Source: Dehalococcoidia bacterium (GTDB lineage Bacteria > Chloroflexota > Dehalococcoidia > Lucifugimonadales > UBA3495). Taken from it: a stretch of DNA of 64,000 bases. Below, piece after piece: positions 46,413 through 55,553 of this stretch. Numbering within the stretch: position 1 is the stretch's first letter; each line of letters opens with the position of its first letter. A program made the translations under genes and the position numbers. The notes under the pieces are model-generated. The model saw only the letters and a list, made by a program, of their open reading frames with translations. It was not told where the DNA came from and searched no databases. The stretch lies in contig OZ253540.1 in assembly GCA_965262485.1 (NCBI GenBank), forward strand, positions 532,711-596,710, in the 5' to 3' direction.

Positions 46413-46461
46413 GGGTTTGCTCCTGATAGTGTAGATCCGAAGATCGGGTTGCCCGGGCGTT

Positions 46462-46575
46462 TTAGCCCTGGCGCTGAACGTGTTTGCTGTTGACGCAGAT
46501 GATGCGCACTACGCGTTTACGCTTGATTACCCGACAACGGTCGCAGCGTGGTTTTACAGATGCCGAAACTTTCAT
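46462..46575 (-). CDS. rpmJ: 50S ribosomal protein L36
   Basis: Manual translation of the minus strand gives [37 protein letters not shown]. At 37 aa it is below the ORF-track cutoff. It lies between infA and rpsM, as expected. Confidence 0.9.
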   Translation of the reverse strand: MKVSASVKPRCDRCRVIKRKRVVRIICVNSKHVQRQG

Positions 46576-46596
46576 GGTATTTCACTGCAAGGATCG

Positions 46597-46815
46597 CTAC
46601 TTAAAGCGATAGGTGATGCGGCCTCGTGTCAGGTCGTAAGGTGACAGTTCTACCAGGACCCGGTCGCCGGGCAGCACACGGATGAAATGCATCCGGATTT
46701 TACCGGACACGTGAGCCAATACCTGGTGGTCGTTGGGCAATTCAACCCGGAACATCCCGTTGGGGAGGGCTTCGGTGACCTGCGCTTCGACTTCGATTGC
46801 TTCTTTCTTAGCCAT
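46597..46815 (-). CDS. infA: translation initiation factor IF-1
   Basis: [53 protein letters not shown]. Confidence 0.95.
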   Translation of the reverse strand: MAKKEAIEVEAQVTEALPNGMFRVELPNDHQVLAHVSGKIRMHFIRVLPGDRVLVELSPYDLTRGRITYRFK

Positions 46816-46875
46816 AAAAAGCCTGCTTTATTTCGCCGCAGCATCTGGACTAGCCAGCGCCATCGGCCGTGTCGG

Positions 46876-47685
46876 TTAGTCGTGAACGGTTAAGATTTTG
46901 GGCCCGTTTTCGGTTATTGCCAATGTATGTTCAAAGTGGGCAGACAGTTCGCCGTCTGCCGTTACAACTGTCCAGTCGTCTTCCAGAATGATGGCTTCGG
47001 GCGTGCCTAGGTTGAGCATGGGTTCGATGCAGATGCACATACCGGGCCGGAGCAACTGGCCTTTGCCAGCCTCGCCATAGTTGGGAACCTGGGGGTCCTC
47101 GTGCAAAAATCGACCGACACCGTGGCCGACAAACCGGCGAACTACGCCGTATCCCCTGGGCTCTGCGAATCCCTGCACGGCGGCGCCGATGTCTCCTATC
47201 CTGTTTCCAGGCTGAGCCGCTGCTATCCCGGCATAGAGGCTGGCTTCAGTTGCTGCCATCAGCTGTTGGGCGGCGATGCTGGTTTCACCCACCGCAACGG
47301 ATATCGCAGCGTCTCCGATGAAACCGTCGATGGTGGCGCCAACGTCCATTTTAATGATGTCGCCTTCCTTCAGCACGCGTTTGCCAGGGATTCCATGAAC
47401 GATCTCTTCATTCACCGAGGCGCAGATAGCGGCGGGAAATCCCTGGTACCCGATGAAAGTAGGAACCGCCCCGTGTCGTCGAATGTTTTTGTCAGCGATA
47501 CGGTTCAGGTCCCCCGTTGTCATGCCGGGTTCCACCGATTGCTTGAGCAAAAACAACGTGTCGCCGACGATAGCGCCGGCTTTTTCCATCGCCTCCATCT
47601 CTCGCCGTGACTTGATGGTCACGCCTCCCGTATAGGTAGATGGCGAGTTAGAGGCCGTTTTACGTTTAGGTGTACGTCCCACCAT
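46876..47685 (-). CDS. map: type I methionyl aminopeptidase
   Basis: IKSRREMEAMEKAGAIV...FIGYQGFPAAICASVNEEIVHGIP...DVGATIDGF...VGHGVG. It has an N-terminal ~20-aa basic extension if ATG 47685 is used. Confidence 0.9.
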   Translation of the reverse strand: MVGRTPKRKTASNSPSTYTGGVTIKSRREMEAMEKAGAIVGDTLFLLKQSVEPGMTTGDLNRIADKNIRRHGAVPTFIGYQGFPAAICASVNEEIVHGIPGKRVLKEGDIIKMDVGATIDGFIGDAAISVAVGETSIAAQQLMAATEASLYAGIAAAQPGNRIGDIGAAVQGFAEPRGYGVVRRFVGHGVGRFLHEDPQVPNYGEAGKGQLLRPGMCICIEPMLNLGTPEAIILEDDWTVVTADGELSAHFEHTLAITENGPKILTVHD

Positions 47686-47722
47686 TATAATTATACCGCA
47701 AACGATGCTTTAACGAAACACA

Positions 47723-48397
47723 TCATGAAGCAAGGACATCCAGGGCATCGAGGACCAACCGGTTGACGGTGTCGATGGATCCTTCGCCGGGGATATTGGA
47801 AAGCAACCCGCGCTCCCGGTAGAAATCAAGCACCGGGGTGGTTTCCCGGTGATATACCGCGATCCGATTCGCTACCGCTTCAGGAGTATCGTCGTCCCGC
47901 TGGTATATGTCTCCGCCATCCGGGCAATCGGCGCAATTGGGGGGGGCTGCGCCGTTTGCGTCGTCCCGGGAGTAAGGCCGCTGGCACACTCGGCAGATAT
48001 AGCGGTTGCTGAGCCGGCGAATCAACTCGGCATCGTTTACCTGGATGTGAATCACACGATGGATATTGTGGCCATTGGCGCTCAAAGCAACTTCCAGGGC
48101 GTGGGCCTGGTTTGCGTTACGGGGGAAACCGTCGAGCAGGAATCCATCGGATTCGCTCAGTTGGCCGATCCGGTCCAACACCATGTCGATGGTCACATTA
48201 TCCGGAACCAGGGCTCCCTGGTTCATGTAACTACGGGCCAACTGCCCCAACTCAGTGCCGTTGGAGAGATGATGGCGGAAAAGATCGCCGGAACTGATGT
48301 GATCGACATGCAACTGTTCTTTGAGCAGCTGCGCCTGCGTACCCTTGCCGGCGCCCGGCGGTCCGAACAGAACGAGTTTGGGGTTACGGGCTGTCAT
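47723..48397 (-). CDS. adk: adenylate kinase (zinc-lid type)
   Basis: LVLFGPPGAGKGTQA...SSGDLFR; lid CRVCQRPY...CADCPDG. Confidence 0.95.
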   Translation of the reverse strand: MTARNPKLVLFGPPGAGKGTQAQLLKEQLHVDHISSGDLFRHHLSNGTELGQLARSYMNQGALVPDNVTIDMVLDRIGQLSESDGFLLDGFPRNANQAHALEVALSANGHNIHRVIHIQVNDAELIRRLSNRYICRVCQRPYSRDDANGAAPPNCADCPDGGDIYQRDDDTPEAVANRIAVYHRETTPVLDFYRERGLLSNIPGEGSIDTVNRLVLDALDVLAS

Positions 48398-49725
48398 CTC
48401 AGGAATCCCTCGTAGTTACGCATCATCAATTGCGCTTCCAGTTGCCGCAGAGTGTCCAGACCCACGCCGACCATGATCAGCAGGCTGGTGCTGCTGAGTG
48501 CAATAGCTTCTACGTTGGTTACCAGCGACGCGAGGTAGGGCACAATCGCGATGAATCCCAGGAACAGCGCGCCGCCCATGGTAAGGCGGATTATCACCCG
48601 ATTCAGATAATCCTGAGTGGGGCGCCCCGGTCTGATGCCCAGCACGAAACCACCGTTACGTTGCAAATTTTCCGCGATGTTTTGCTGCTGGAAAACCACC
48701 AGAGTGTAAAAGAAGGTGAAACCCACCACGAGGACAAAGGCCAGAATCCAGTAAATCGGGCCACCGGGGCTCAGGGCCACGTTGAGGTTGTCGGCGATAT
48801 TGCCGAGGAGCCCGCCGGCCGAGCTCAGGTATTGGGCGACCGTACCGGGCAGAATTACGATGGAAAAAGCAAATATGAGAGGGATCATACCGGCTGAGTT
48901 GATACGCAGCGGTATGTACGATGACCCGGATTGGCGGTACATCTGCCCGCCCCTGAAGATGCTGCGACCATACTGAACGGGAATGCGGCGGTGCGCTTCA
49001 TTGAAAACCACGATCATGGCTATGATCAGCAACCCGATGAGGGCGAAAAAGAACACACCGATGATGTTGTCGCGATCCAGGAACCCCCGGGCGAGCAGAC
49101 CCGGGAAACCGACCACGATGCCGGCGAAGATAATGAGCGATATACCGTTTCCGATACCGCGCTCGGTGATAAGTTCCCCGAGCCAGACCAGGAACATTGT
49201 ACCGGCGGTCATCGACAGGATGGCCGCAATAGTCGGCATGAGGGCATCGCCAGCAAATCCCACGTTGGTGAGCACGTTGGCCTGTTGCAACAGCACCAAT
49301 TGTGCGAATGCCTGCGCGATGGCAATGGGAACCGTACTCCAATGGGTGATGCGGTTCATCTTGATTCGACCGGCTTCACCTTCTCGAGACAGGTTCTGCA
49401 ACGTTGGTATGACCGGCGTGAGCAACTGCATAATGATGGAGGCGGTGATGTAGGGGAAAACACCCAGCGCCACTATGCTCATTCGACGCAGAGCGCCCCC
49501 GGAGAACAAATCCAGGAATCCCAACAACTGGTTGTTGTTAAACAGGTTTTCGAGGGCGATGGAATCCAAACCTGGTATGGGAATGTGGGCTACCAGCCGG
49601 TACAGAGCCAACATTCCCAGGGTGAACAGGATTTTCGTGCGTAGGTCGGGCAGGCTAAAGGCATCGATTGCCGCCTGCATCAACCGGGGCCATCGGCCAC
49701 CGCCCTGCACCTCCGATTGAATCAT
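48394..49725 (-). CDS. secY: preprotein translocase subunit SecY
   Basis: 443 aa, polytopic, with LRTKILFTLGMLALYRL...GISLIIFAGIV. Alternative start at ATG 49680. Confidence 0.95.
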   Translation of the reverse strand: MIQSEVQGGGRWPRLMQAAIDAFSLPDLRTKILFTLGMLALYRLVAHIPIPGLDSIALENLFNNNQLLGFLDLFSGGALRRMSIVALGVFPYITASIIMQLLTPVIPTLQNLSREGEAGRIKMNRITHWSTVPIAIAQAFAQLVLLQQANVLTNVGFAGDALMPTIAAILSMTAGTMFLVWLGELITERGIGNGISLIIFAGIVVGFPGLLARGFLDRDNIIGVFFFALIGLLIIAMIVVFNEAHRRIPVQYGRSIFRGGQMYRQSGSSYIPLRINSAGMIPLIFAFSIVILPGTVAQYLSSAGGLLGNIADNLNVALSPGGPIYWILAFVLVVGFTFFYTLVVFQQQNIAENLQRNGGFVLGIRPGRPTQDYLNRVIIRLTMGGALFLGFIAIVPYLASLVTNVEAIALSSTSLLIMVGVGLDTLRQLEAQLMMRNYEGFLR

Positions 49726-49763
49726 CGCCTACCGCACCTTACCCACAGAGATCAATTACGGGG

Positions 49764-50210
49764 TTAAAGCTCTACCGCAGTGCCGCCGGCGGCTTCGATT
49801 TTCGCTCGCGCCGAAGCGGTGAACTTGTGGGCCGAAATGTTAAGGCCGTGCTGCAACTCGCCGTCTCCAAGCACCTTGACGGGGCGACGCGTTCTCCTGA
49901 TGATACCCAGGGTATGCAACTTTTCCGGCGTTATTTCGTCGCCGGGGTCAAACCGCTCCTGTAAGGTTTCGAGGCTGACCAATGCATAGTGGGTCTTGTA
50001 GCGGTTGTTGAAACCGCGTTTCATGGGGAGACCCTTGATGAGCGGGAGTTGTCCGCCTTCAAAACCGGGACGCAGCCCTCGTCCGGATCGAGATTTCTGC
50101 CCTTTCATACCCCGCCCGGCGTAGCTACCTCCACCGGCGGCATCTCCCCTGCCGATGCGTTTTCGCCCGCGGCGGGCGCCTTTGGGCGAGGCAATTTCGT
50201 GTTCCATCAT
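49764..50210 (-). CDS. rplO: 50S ribosomal protein L15
   Basis: MMEHEIASPKGARRGRKRIGRG...GRGMKGQKSRSG. The start is ambiguous (ATG 50210/50207 or GTG 50228). Confidence 0.9.
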   Translation of the reverse strand: MMEHEIASPKGARRGRKRIGRGDAAGGGSYAGRGMKGQKSRSGRGLRPGFEGGQLPLIKGLPMKRGFNNRYKTHYALVSLETLQERFDPGDEITPEKLHTLGIIRRTRRPVKVLGDGELQHGLNISAHKFTASARAKIEAAGGTAVEL

Positions 50211-50247
50211 GATTGAAAGTAACTCCACGTGCGGATCTGGACGGCTA

Positions 50248-50433
50248 TTATCCCTCAGCGGGCTCGACCGTAACGAGATGCTGCACTTTGTTAATCATTC
50301 CGAGTATGGTGGGGCTGTCTTCGTGGATGACCGAGTGGTGCAGCCGTTTGAGCCCCAACGATTGCACGATGCGCCGTTGGTAGGACGGGCGACCGATGCA
50401 ACTCTTTTTCCAGGTAATTTTTATTTGTGCCAT
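50248..50433 (-). CDS. rpmD: 50S ribosomal protein L30
   Basis: MAQIKITWKKSCIGRPSYQRRIVQSLGLKRL. Confidence 0.95.
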   Translation of the reverse strand: MAQIKITWKKSCIGRPSYQRRIVQSLGLKRLHHSVIHEDSPTILGMINKVQHLVTVEPAEG

Positions 50434-50476
50434 TTGAATTCAGCCCTAAAGTAGATTCAGACCGGATTTTGATTAA

Positions 50477-51298
50477 CTAGCCGGCCGGTTCACCGGCATC
50501 GTTAGAATCCGATGCAACGTTCTCGGTCGTCACGGCGTCCGGAGGGGGTGGCTCCGGGGCGGCGTCGCCAACCGGGGCAGTGGGTTCGGTAGCCTCCGCC
50601 GGCGTCGGAATCGGTGGCGGAGTCGGCGTTGCAACCGGACCCGGGGCATCGGACAACCCTGGAGTTGCTTCTACTGCTACGGATTCGACTGAACCGTTGG
50701 TAGTCGGAGCAACCAGACTCAGGCGGGCTGTCCGCGTCGTTACCGGATCACGCAGGAGGCTCAGGGCTTCCATCGTAGCGTGGACGATGTTGATGGGATT
50801 GCGTGAACCCAGAGACTTGCCAACAACATCCTGCACGCCGCCCAACTCGAGCATGGCCCGCATTGCACCGGCGGCAATCACACCGGTTCCCAAGGGAGCG
50901 GGCTTGATGATGACGATCGATGCCCCTTTGCGAACTGAAATTTCGTGGGGAATCGTGCTTCCCTTGATAGGGATGGTGATGGTGCTGCGGCGGGCCACGG
51001 CGGTTCCTTTACGCACTGCGTCAGGAATTGCCAGGGCTTTGCCCATGCCGACGCCGACGCGTCCCTGTCCGTCGCCGATCACTACGAGGGCGTTGAAACG
51101 GAGACGGCGTCCGCCTTTGACTACTTTAGAGATTCGGCGGGTGTGGACTACCCGTTCACTAAAACCGCCGCTGTCATCTTCTCGCGGACGTTGCTCACGG
51201 TCGCGACCGCGGCCTCCGCGTCCACCGCCACGGCGATCTCCGCCGCCGCCAGTGCGGTCATTCCTATCTCCCCTGCGGGGTGGTGCAGCAGAAACCAT
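50477..51298 (-). CDS. rpsE: 30S ribosomal protein S5 with long N- and C-terminal extensions
   Basis: The core runs FSERVVHTRRISKVVKGGRRLRFNALVVIGDGQGRVGVGMGKA...NPINIVHATMEAL. It is flanked by an RG-rich ~45-aa head and a Pro/Thr/Ala-rich ~88-aa tail. Its ATG overlaps the rplR stop by 1 nt. Confidence 0.95.
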   Translation of the reverse strand: MVSAAPPRRGDRNDRTGGGGDRRGGGRGGRGRDREQRPREDDSGGFSERVVHTRRISKVVKGGRRLRFNALVVIGDGQGRVGVGMGKALAIPDAVRKGTAVARRSTITIPIKGSTIPHEISVRKGASIVIIKPAPLGTGVIAAGAMRAMLELGGVQDVVGKSLGSRNPINIVHATMEALSLLRDPVTTRTARLSLVAPTTNGSVESVAVEATPGLSDAPGPVATPTPPPIPTPAEATEPTAPVGDAAPEPPPPDAVTTENVASDSNDAGEPAG

Positions 51299-51657
51299 CA
51301 GAACTCAAGCCCTCCTTCCCGGGCTGCATCAGCCAACGCCTTGACGCGACCGTGATAACGGTAGCCTCCCCGGTCGAACACGACCGATGTGACGCCGACT
51401 GCAACTGCGCGTTCTGCCACCAGTTTACCCACGGCCACGGAAGCGGCGGTTTTGGGTGTGGCGTCATCAGACGCCAACTCCTGGCTTGACGCGTAGGCCA
51501 ATGTGTGTCCACGGGCGTCATCAATGACCTGGGCATAGATGCTTCTGGAACTGCGAAAAACGCAAAGCCTGGGTCGTATGGACGTGCCGTTGACTTTGTT
51601 GCGGACTCTGCGATGTCGGACAACGCGGAGTTTTCTTGAATCTTTATCGCGTGGCAT
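51298..51657 (-). CDS. rplR: 50S ribosomal protein L18
   Basis: [32 protein letters not shown]...[26 protein letters not shown]. Confidence 0.95.
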   Translation of the reverse strand: MPRDKDSRKLRVVRHRRVRNKVNGTSIRPRLCVFRSSRSIYAQVIDDARGHTLAYASSQELASDDATPKTAASVAVGKLVAERAVAVGVTSVVFDRGGYRYHGRVKALADAAREGGLEF

Positions 51658-51725
51658 TTTGTTGTCAGCTCTTTATGAGTGAGGGTTTGGAACGTGGGTA
51701 GTATGAGAACGGGGTTGATGGATGA

Positions 51726-52340
51726 TCAGACGGCGCGCCTGGCGGCGGCCTTTCCGGGCTTGAGCCGCAAAACCTCGCCCTGGTACCGGATGCCCTTCTC
51801 TTTGTAGCGGTTGGGTGGACGCACGCGGCGCACTTTCGCGGCCAGTTGGCCGACCTTCTGCTTGTCGACGCCGCTGACGTGAACTCGGTTGTTGCCTTCC
51901 ACCTGCATGGTCAATCCTTCATCGGGGAAGACACTAACAGTGTGGCTGTAACCTACGCTGAGCGTAATCCCATCCCCATTTTGCTGCACACGGTATCCGA
52001 CGCCCATCAATTCCAGGGTGCGTGAATACCCGTCGGTTACACCGAGGATGGCATTTGCAATCAGCGTGCGTGTGAGGCCATGAAGGGAATGGTGAAATTT
52101 GCGCGCGGTGAAGCGTTCGACGATGACGTTGCCATCCTCTACCTTCACGGTTACTTCCGGGTGGTATTTTTGGGTAACGCTACCGCGAGGGCCTTTGACG
52201 ACCACTCCGCTGTAGATAACCTCAACTTCAACACCCGATGGGATTGGTATGGGTTGCCGCCCGATGCGGGACAAGGGACGTTCGGTGGGCGGGACCCGTT
52301 GGGCCACGCCGACACTGGTTATTTCCTGATTACCAGACAT
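51726..52340 (-). CDS. rplF: 50S ribosomal protein L6
   Basis: LSRIGRQPIPIPSGVEV.... ATG 52340 has a GGAGGAG RBS and gives a ~22-aa N-terminal extension. TTG at 'LSRIG' is an alternative start without an RBS. Confidence 0.9.
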   Translation of the reverse strand: MSGNQEITSVGVAQRVPPTERPLSRIGRQPIPIPSGVEVEVIYSGVVVKGPRGSVTQKYHPEVTVKVEDGNVIVERFTARKFHHSLHGLTRTLIANAILGVTDGYSRTLELMGVGYRVQQNGDGITLSVGYSHTVSVFPDEGLTMQVEGNNRVHVSGVDKQKVGQLAAKVRRVRPPNRYKEKGIRYQGEVLRLKPGKAAARRAV

Positions 52341-52728
52341 AGCAAACCAACTCTCCTCCGATGCCCTTCCGCCACGCCTGATACCCGGTCATCATCCCCT
52401 GAGAAGTGGACACGATGGCGATGCCCAAGCCGCCATAGACACGAGGTATTTCCCCATGGCCGACGTGTACCCTGAGACCGGGTTTGCTTACCCGCTTCAA
52501 TCCGCGGATAGCGCTCAGTTCGTCGTCGCTGTATCTCAATTGGATACGCATGGTCGGAAAGCGTGGTCCACGGGCCGGTTCCCAGTCCCTGATGTAACCC
52601 TGAGATTTCAGGATATCGGCAATTGCGGTTTTGATTTTGGATTGCGGCACCATAACTGTCTGGTGCCGCGCCTGAATGGCATTTCGAATGCGTGTCAGCA
52701 TATCTGCCACCGGGTCGTTAATTGGCAT
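52330..52728 (-). CDS. rpsH: 30S ribosomal protein S8
   Basis: MPINDPVADMLTRIRNAIQARHQTV...ELVCYVW. ATG 52728 is preceded by AAGGAG; the ORF-track extension to 53025 is spurious. Confidence 0.95.
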   Translation of the reverse strand: MPINDPVADMLTRIRNAIQARHQTVMVPQSKIKTAIADILKSQGYIRDWEPARGPRFPTMRIQLRYSDDELSAIRGLKRVSKPGLRVHVGHGEIPRVYGGLGIAIVSTSQGMMTGYQAWRKGIGGELVCYVW

Positions 52729-52777
52729 TACGGGATAGCTCCTTGTTACGTATCCACGTTTGGGAACGCGGGCGGGC

Positions 52778-53083
52778 CTACAGACTTGCCTTCCGGACGC
52801 CCGGCAGCAGGCCATCGAGGGCCATTTCGCGGAACGAAATGCGGGAAAGACCAAAGTGGCGAATATAACCCCGGGGCCGACCCGTGGCGCCGTCGCGGTT
52901 CCTGATGCGATTGGGGTTGGCGTCGTGTGGCAGCAAAGCCAACTTCTGCCGGGCCTCGAACCGATCGCGCATGGGGAGGCTGAGGTCCCTGGCTTGTGCC
53001 AGCAGCGCTGCCCTTCTTTCGGCATACCGGGCGGCGGTTTGTTTCCGCCGATCGTTTTTTACAATAGAGGATTTCTTGGCCAA
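52778..53083 (-). CDS. rpsN: 30S ribosomal protein S14 (long, non-zinc type)
   Basis: MAKKSSIVKNDRRKQTAARYAERRAAL...RNRDGATGRPRGYIRHFGLSRISFREMA. 101 aa with no CxxC pairs. Confidence 0.95.
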   Translation of the reverse strand: MAKKSSIVKNDRRKQTAARYAERRAALLAQARDLSLPMRDRFEARQKLALLPHDANPNRIRNRDGATGRPRGYIRHFGLSRISFREMALDGLLPGVRKASL

Positions 53084-53106
53084 GGTGGGTATCTCCTGAA
53101 ATGAGG

Positions 53107-53778
53107 TTATTCGCGTATGAACGGCATGCCGAAATGTTCCAGCAAACGGCTGGCTTCGGCGTCGTCAGGGGCATTGGTGGTGATGGTAACCTGCAACCCC
53201 CGCAACCGGTCGATACTGTTGTAATCGATTTCCGGGAACACAATCTGTTCGCGCAGGCCCAGGGAGAAATTGCCACGCCCGTCGAATCCGTTGCGAGAGA
53301 TGCCGCGGAAGTCCCGGATGCGAGGCAGGGCTGTGATGATCAACCGTTCCAAAAAGTAAAACATGCGGTCGCCACGCAGGGTAACGGTAGTGCCTACCGG
53401 GTTCCCTTCCCTCACCTTGAATCCGGCGATGGAACGCTTGGCGCGGGTGATGATTGGTTTTTGGCCGGAGATGGTGGTCAAATCCCGTACTGCGCTCTCC
53501 ATGGCCCGCCCGTTGGTTAGGGCCTCTCCAAGACCTATGTTCAAGTTGATCTTGGTGATACGGGGCACACGCATGGGGCTGGGGTACCCGAATTCGGACA
53601 TCATTGAGGGAACGATCTCCTCGCGATACCGAATTTTCAGGTGTGGTACAGGCAGAGGCGCGGGTTCGGAGCCGTTGGTTTCGGCGCTGTCATCCCGGCG
53701 TCGCTGCCGCCGTCCACGGGTTTGGCTTTCGCCGGCGCCCGGTTCTATTTCTGTTTCTGTAGACTGATTGGTTGCCAT
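53107..53778 (-). CDS. rplE: 50S ribosomal protein L5 with N-terminal extension
   Basis: The core HLKIRYREEIVPSMMSEFGY...ITTNAPDDAEASRLL is preceded by about 42 polar/charged residues. No internal start codon is available at the canonical position. Confidence 0.95.
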   Translation of the reverse strand: MATNQSTETEIEPGAGESQTRGRRQRRRDDSAETNGSEPAPLPVPHLKIRYREEIVPSMMSEFGYPSPMRVPRITKINLNIGLGEALTNGRAMESAVRDLTTISGQKPIITRAKRSIAGFKVREGNPVGTTVTLRGDRMFYFLERLIITALPRIRDFRGISRNGFDGRGNFSLGLREQIVFPEIDYNSIDRLRGLQVTITTNAPDDAEASRLLEHFGMPFIRE

Positions 53779-53781
53779 GAT

Positions 53782-54057
53782 TTAACCGTCTCGATTTCGG
53801 AACTGAGTGCTGGGTTCAGTGTAGTTGCTGGTTACGAGCTTGACATTCGAAATGTGAATTGATGCTTCCTGTTGAATACGGCCGCCCTGGCGAATGCCTG
53901 GCCGGGGCTTGATATGGCGCGTTACGATATTGACGCCTTCAATGATGATACGGTCTTTTTCGGATACCATCTGAAGCACCCGACCGGATTTGCCTTTGTC
54001 TTTGCCGGCGATAACCAGCACATCATCGCCGCGCCGTATCTTGGTTTTCGCCATCAC
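53782..54057 (-). CDS. rplX: 50S ribosomal protein L24
   Basis: [24 protein letters not shown]. Confidence 0.95.
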   Translation of the reverse strand: MMAKTKIRRGDDVLVIAGKDKGKSGRVLQMVSEKDRIIIEGVNIVTRHIKPRPGIRQGGRIQQEASIHISNVKLVTSNYTEPSTQFRNRDG

Positions 54058-54422
54058 ACCACCTCAGGAGCCAGGGACACGATGCGCATGAAGCCACGGT
54101 CGCGAAGTTCGCGAGCCACTGGACCAAAGATGCGCGTGCCCCGGGGCAACTGGTTGTCGTTGATGAGTACGGCGGCGTTGTCGTCGAATTTTATGTAGGT
54201 GCCGTCGGGCCTCAGCAGCGGAGCGGCCTGGCGCACTATCACGGCCTTGACCACCGAACCCTTCCGAACCGGTGAGTTGGGGACTGCCTCGCGGACGGTG
54301 CAGACGATGATGTCGCCCACGGACGCATATTTGCGACGGCTGGAACCCGGGATGTTGATCAGGCGAATACGTCGTGCGCCGCTGTTATCCGCGACATGGA
54401 GCCTGGTGTAACTCTGAATCAT
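54054..54422 (-). CDS. rplN: 50S ribosomal protein L14
   Basis: [26 protein letters not shown]...GPVARELR. Confidence 0.95.
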   Translation of the reverse strand: MIQSYTRLHVADNSGARRIRLINIPGSSRRKYASVGDIIVCTVREAVPNSPVRKGSVVKAVIVRQAAPLLRPDGTYIKFDDNAAVLINDNQLPRGTRIFGPVARELRDRGFMRIVSLAPEVV

Positions 54423-54809
54423 CTAAGCGTCCTCGTCTTCGTCGTAGTCGCCGGATTCTTCCGCCACGGCGGTTGCTGGGTCTGATGCCATCGAAGGGTC
54501 TTCGGATGGTTCTATGATGCTATCGCCTTCGAGCTCAATTGGTCGTACGTCAGCCACCTCCCGCCGGGACAGGATGTCCAACAGGCGCCAGTGCTTGGTA
54601 CGGGAGATGGGCCGGGTTTCCTCGATTCGCACCATGTCACCGATTTGACACTGATCTTCCGGGTCGTGGACGTAGAAACGGGTTACGCGACGCATCTGTT
54701 TGCGGTAGACCCGGTGGCGTTGTTTCCACACCAGTTCCACCACTGCTGTTTTATCCATTCGGGTGCCCACTACCGAGCCGACCCGAACTTTCCGCATTAT
54801 TTTTGCCAT
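54423..54809 (-). CDS. rpsQ: 30S ribosomal protein S17 with acidic C-terminal extension
   Basis: The core GSVVGTRMDKTAVVELVWKQRHRVYRKQMRRVTRFYVHDP...ISRTKHWRL is followed by a ~40-aa Asp/Glu/Ser-rich tail. Confidence 0.95.
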   Translation of the reverse strand: MAKIMRKVRVGSVVGTRMDKTAVVELVWKQRHRVYRKQMRRVTRFYVHDPEDQCQIGDMVRIEETRPISRTKHWRLLDILSRREVADVRPIELEGDSIIEPSEDPSMASDPATAVAEESGDYDEDEDA

Positions 54810-54863
54810 CTGGAGTGTTTCCTGAATCCTGGGAGTGGAGGATGAATTATCGTTCGAGAAAGT

Positions 54864-55055
54864 CTATTGTGTTTGCCGTTCCCGCAGGCAGGTCAGCATA
54901 CGAGCAATGTCCTTGCGGGTTTTCCGAGGCTGGTTGGTGTCGGTGAGTTGGTTGGTTGCGTCCCGAAAACGGAGATTCATCAACTCCCGGTACGACTTGT
55001 CCAACTCTTCCTGGATCTGTTCATCGGTGAGCGCCCGTATCTCGTATATTTTCAT
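54864..55055 (-). CDS. rpmC: 50S ribosomal protein L29
   Basis: MKIYEIRALTDEQIQEELDKSYRELMNLRF. Confidence 0.95.
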   Translation of the reverse strand: MKIYEIRALTDEQIQEELDKSYRELMNLRFRDATNQLTDTNQPRKTRKDIARMLTCLRERQTQ

Positions 55056-55061
55056 GTGAGA

Positions 55062-55502
55062 TCAGCCTCCCGTACCGGTGAGCAGTGCGTTGATGCGGTC
55101 TTTGTAAACGACCTTGGTGGGTATGGGGAGTTTGTGGGCGGCGCGCAGCAGAGCTGCTTCGGCTTGGTCCAGGGGAACACCGCCGACCTCGAACATTATC
55201 CTCCCGGGCCGCACAACAGCCACCCAGTGGTCGTTGGCGGCTTTTCCGCCGCCCATGCGAACCTCGGCGGGTTTCTTGGAAACGGCTTTATCCGGGAAGA
55301 TGCGAATCCAGGTTCGCCCACCGCGCTGAAGATGGCGGGAAATGGCGACACGGGCGGATTCTATCTGACGGGCGGTTATCCAGTCGGGGCTCATCGCCTT
55401 CAGCCCGATCTCCCCAAATTCGACCTTATTCCCGGTAGAGGCAGCGCCCCGGCGCTTGCCGCGGCCCATTTTTCGGTATTTGGTTCTTTTGGGTTGCAAC
55501 AT
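55062..55502 (-). CDS. rplP: 50S ribosomal protein L16
   Basis: [19 protein letters not shown]...[13 protein letters not shown]. Confidence 0.95.
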   Translation of the reverse strand: MLQPKRTKYRKMGRGKRRGAASTGNKVEFGEIGLKAMSPDWITARQIESARVAISRHLQRGGRTWIRIFPDKAVSKKPAEVRMGGGKAANDHWVAVVRPGRIMFEVGGVPLDQAEAALLRAAHKLPIPTKVVYKDRINALLTGTGG

Positions 55503-55553
55503 GGGATGTAACTCCGAAAATTAGGTAATTGCCTTGTAAGACGCGGAAAACCG

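Noticed and set aside
50580-51344. 254-aa plus-strand ORF.
   Set aside because: It is antisense to rpsE, including its low-complexity tail. It is an artefact of the Pro/Ala/Gly-rich repeat on the opposite strand.
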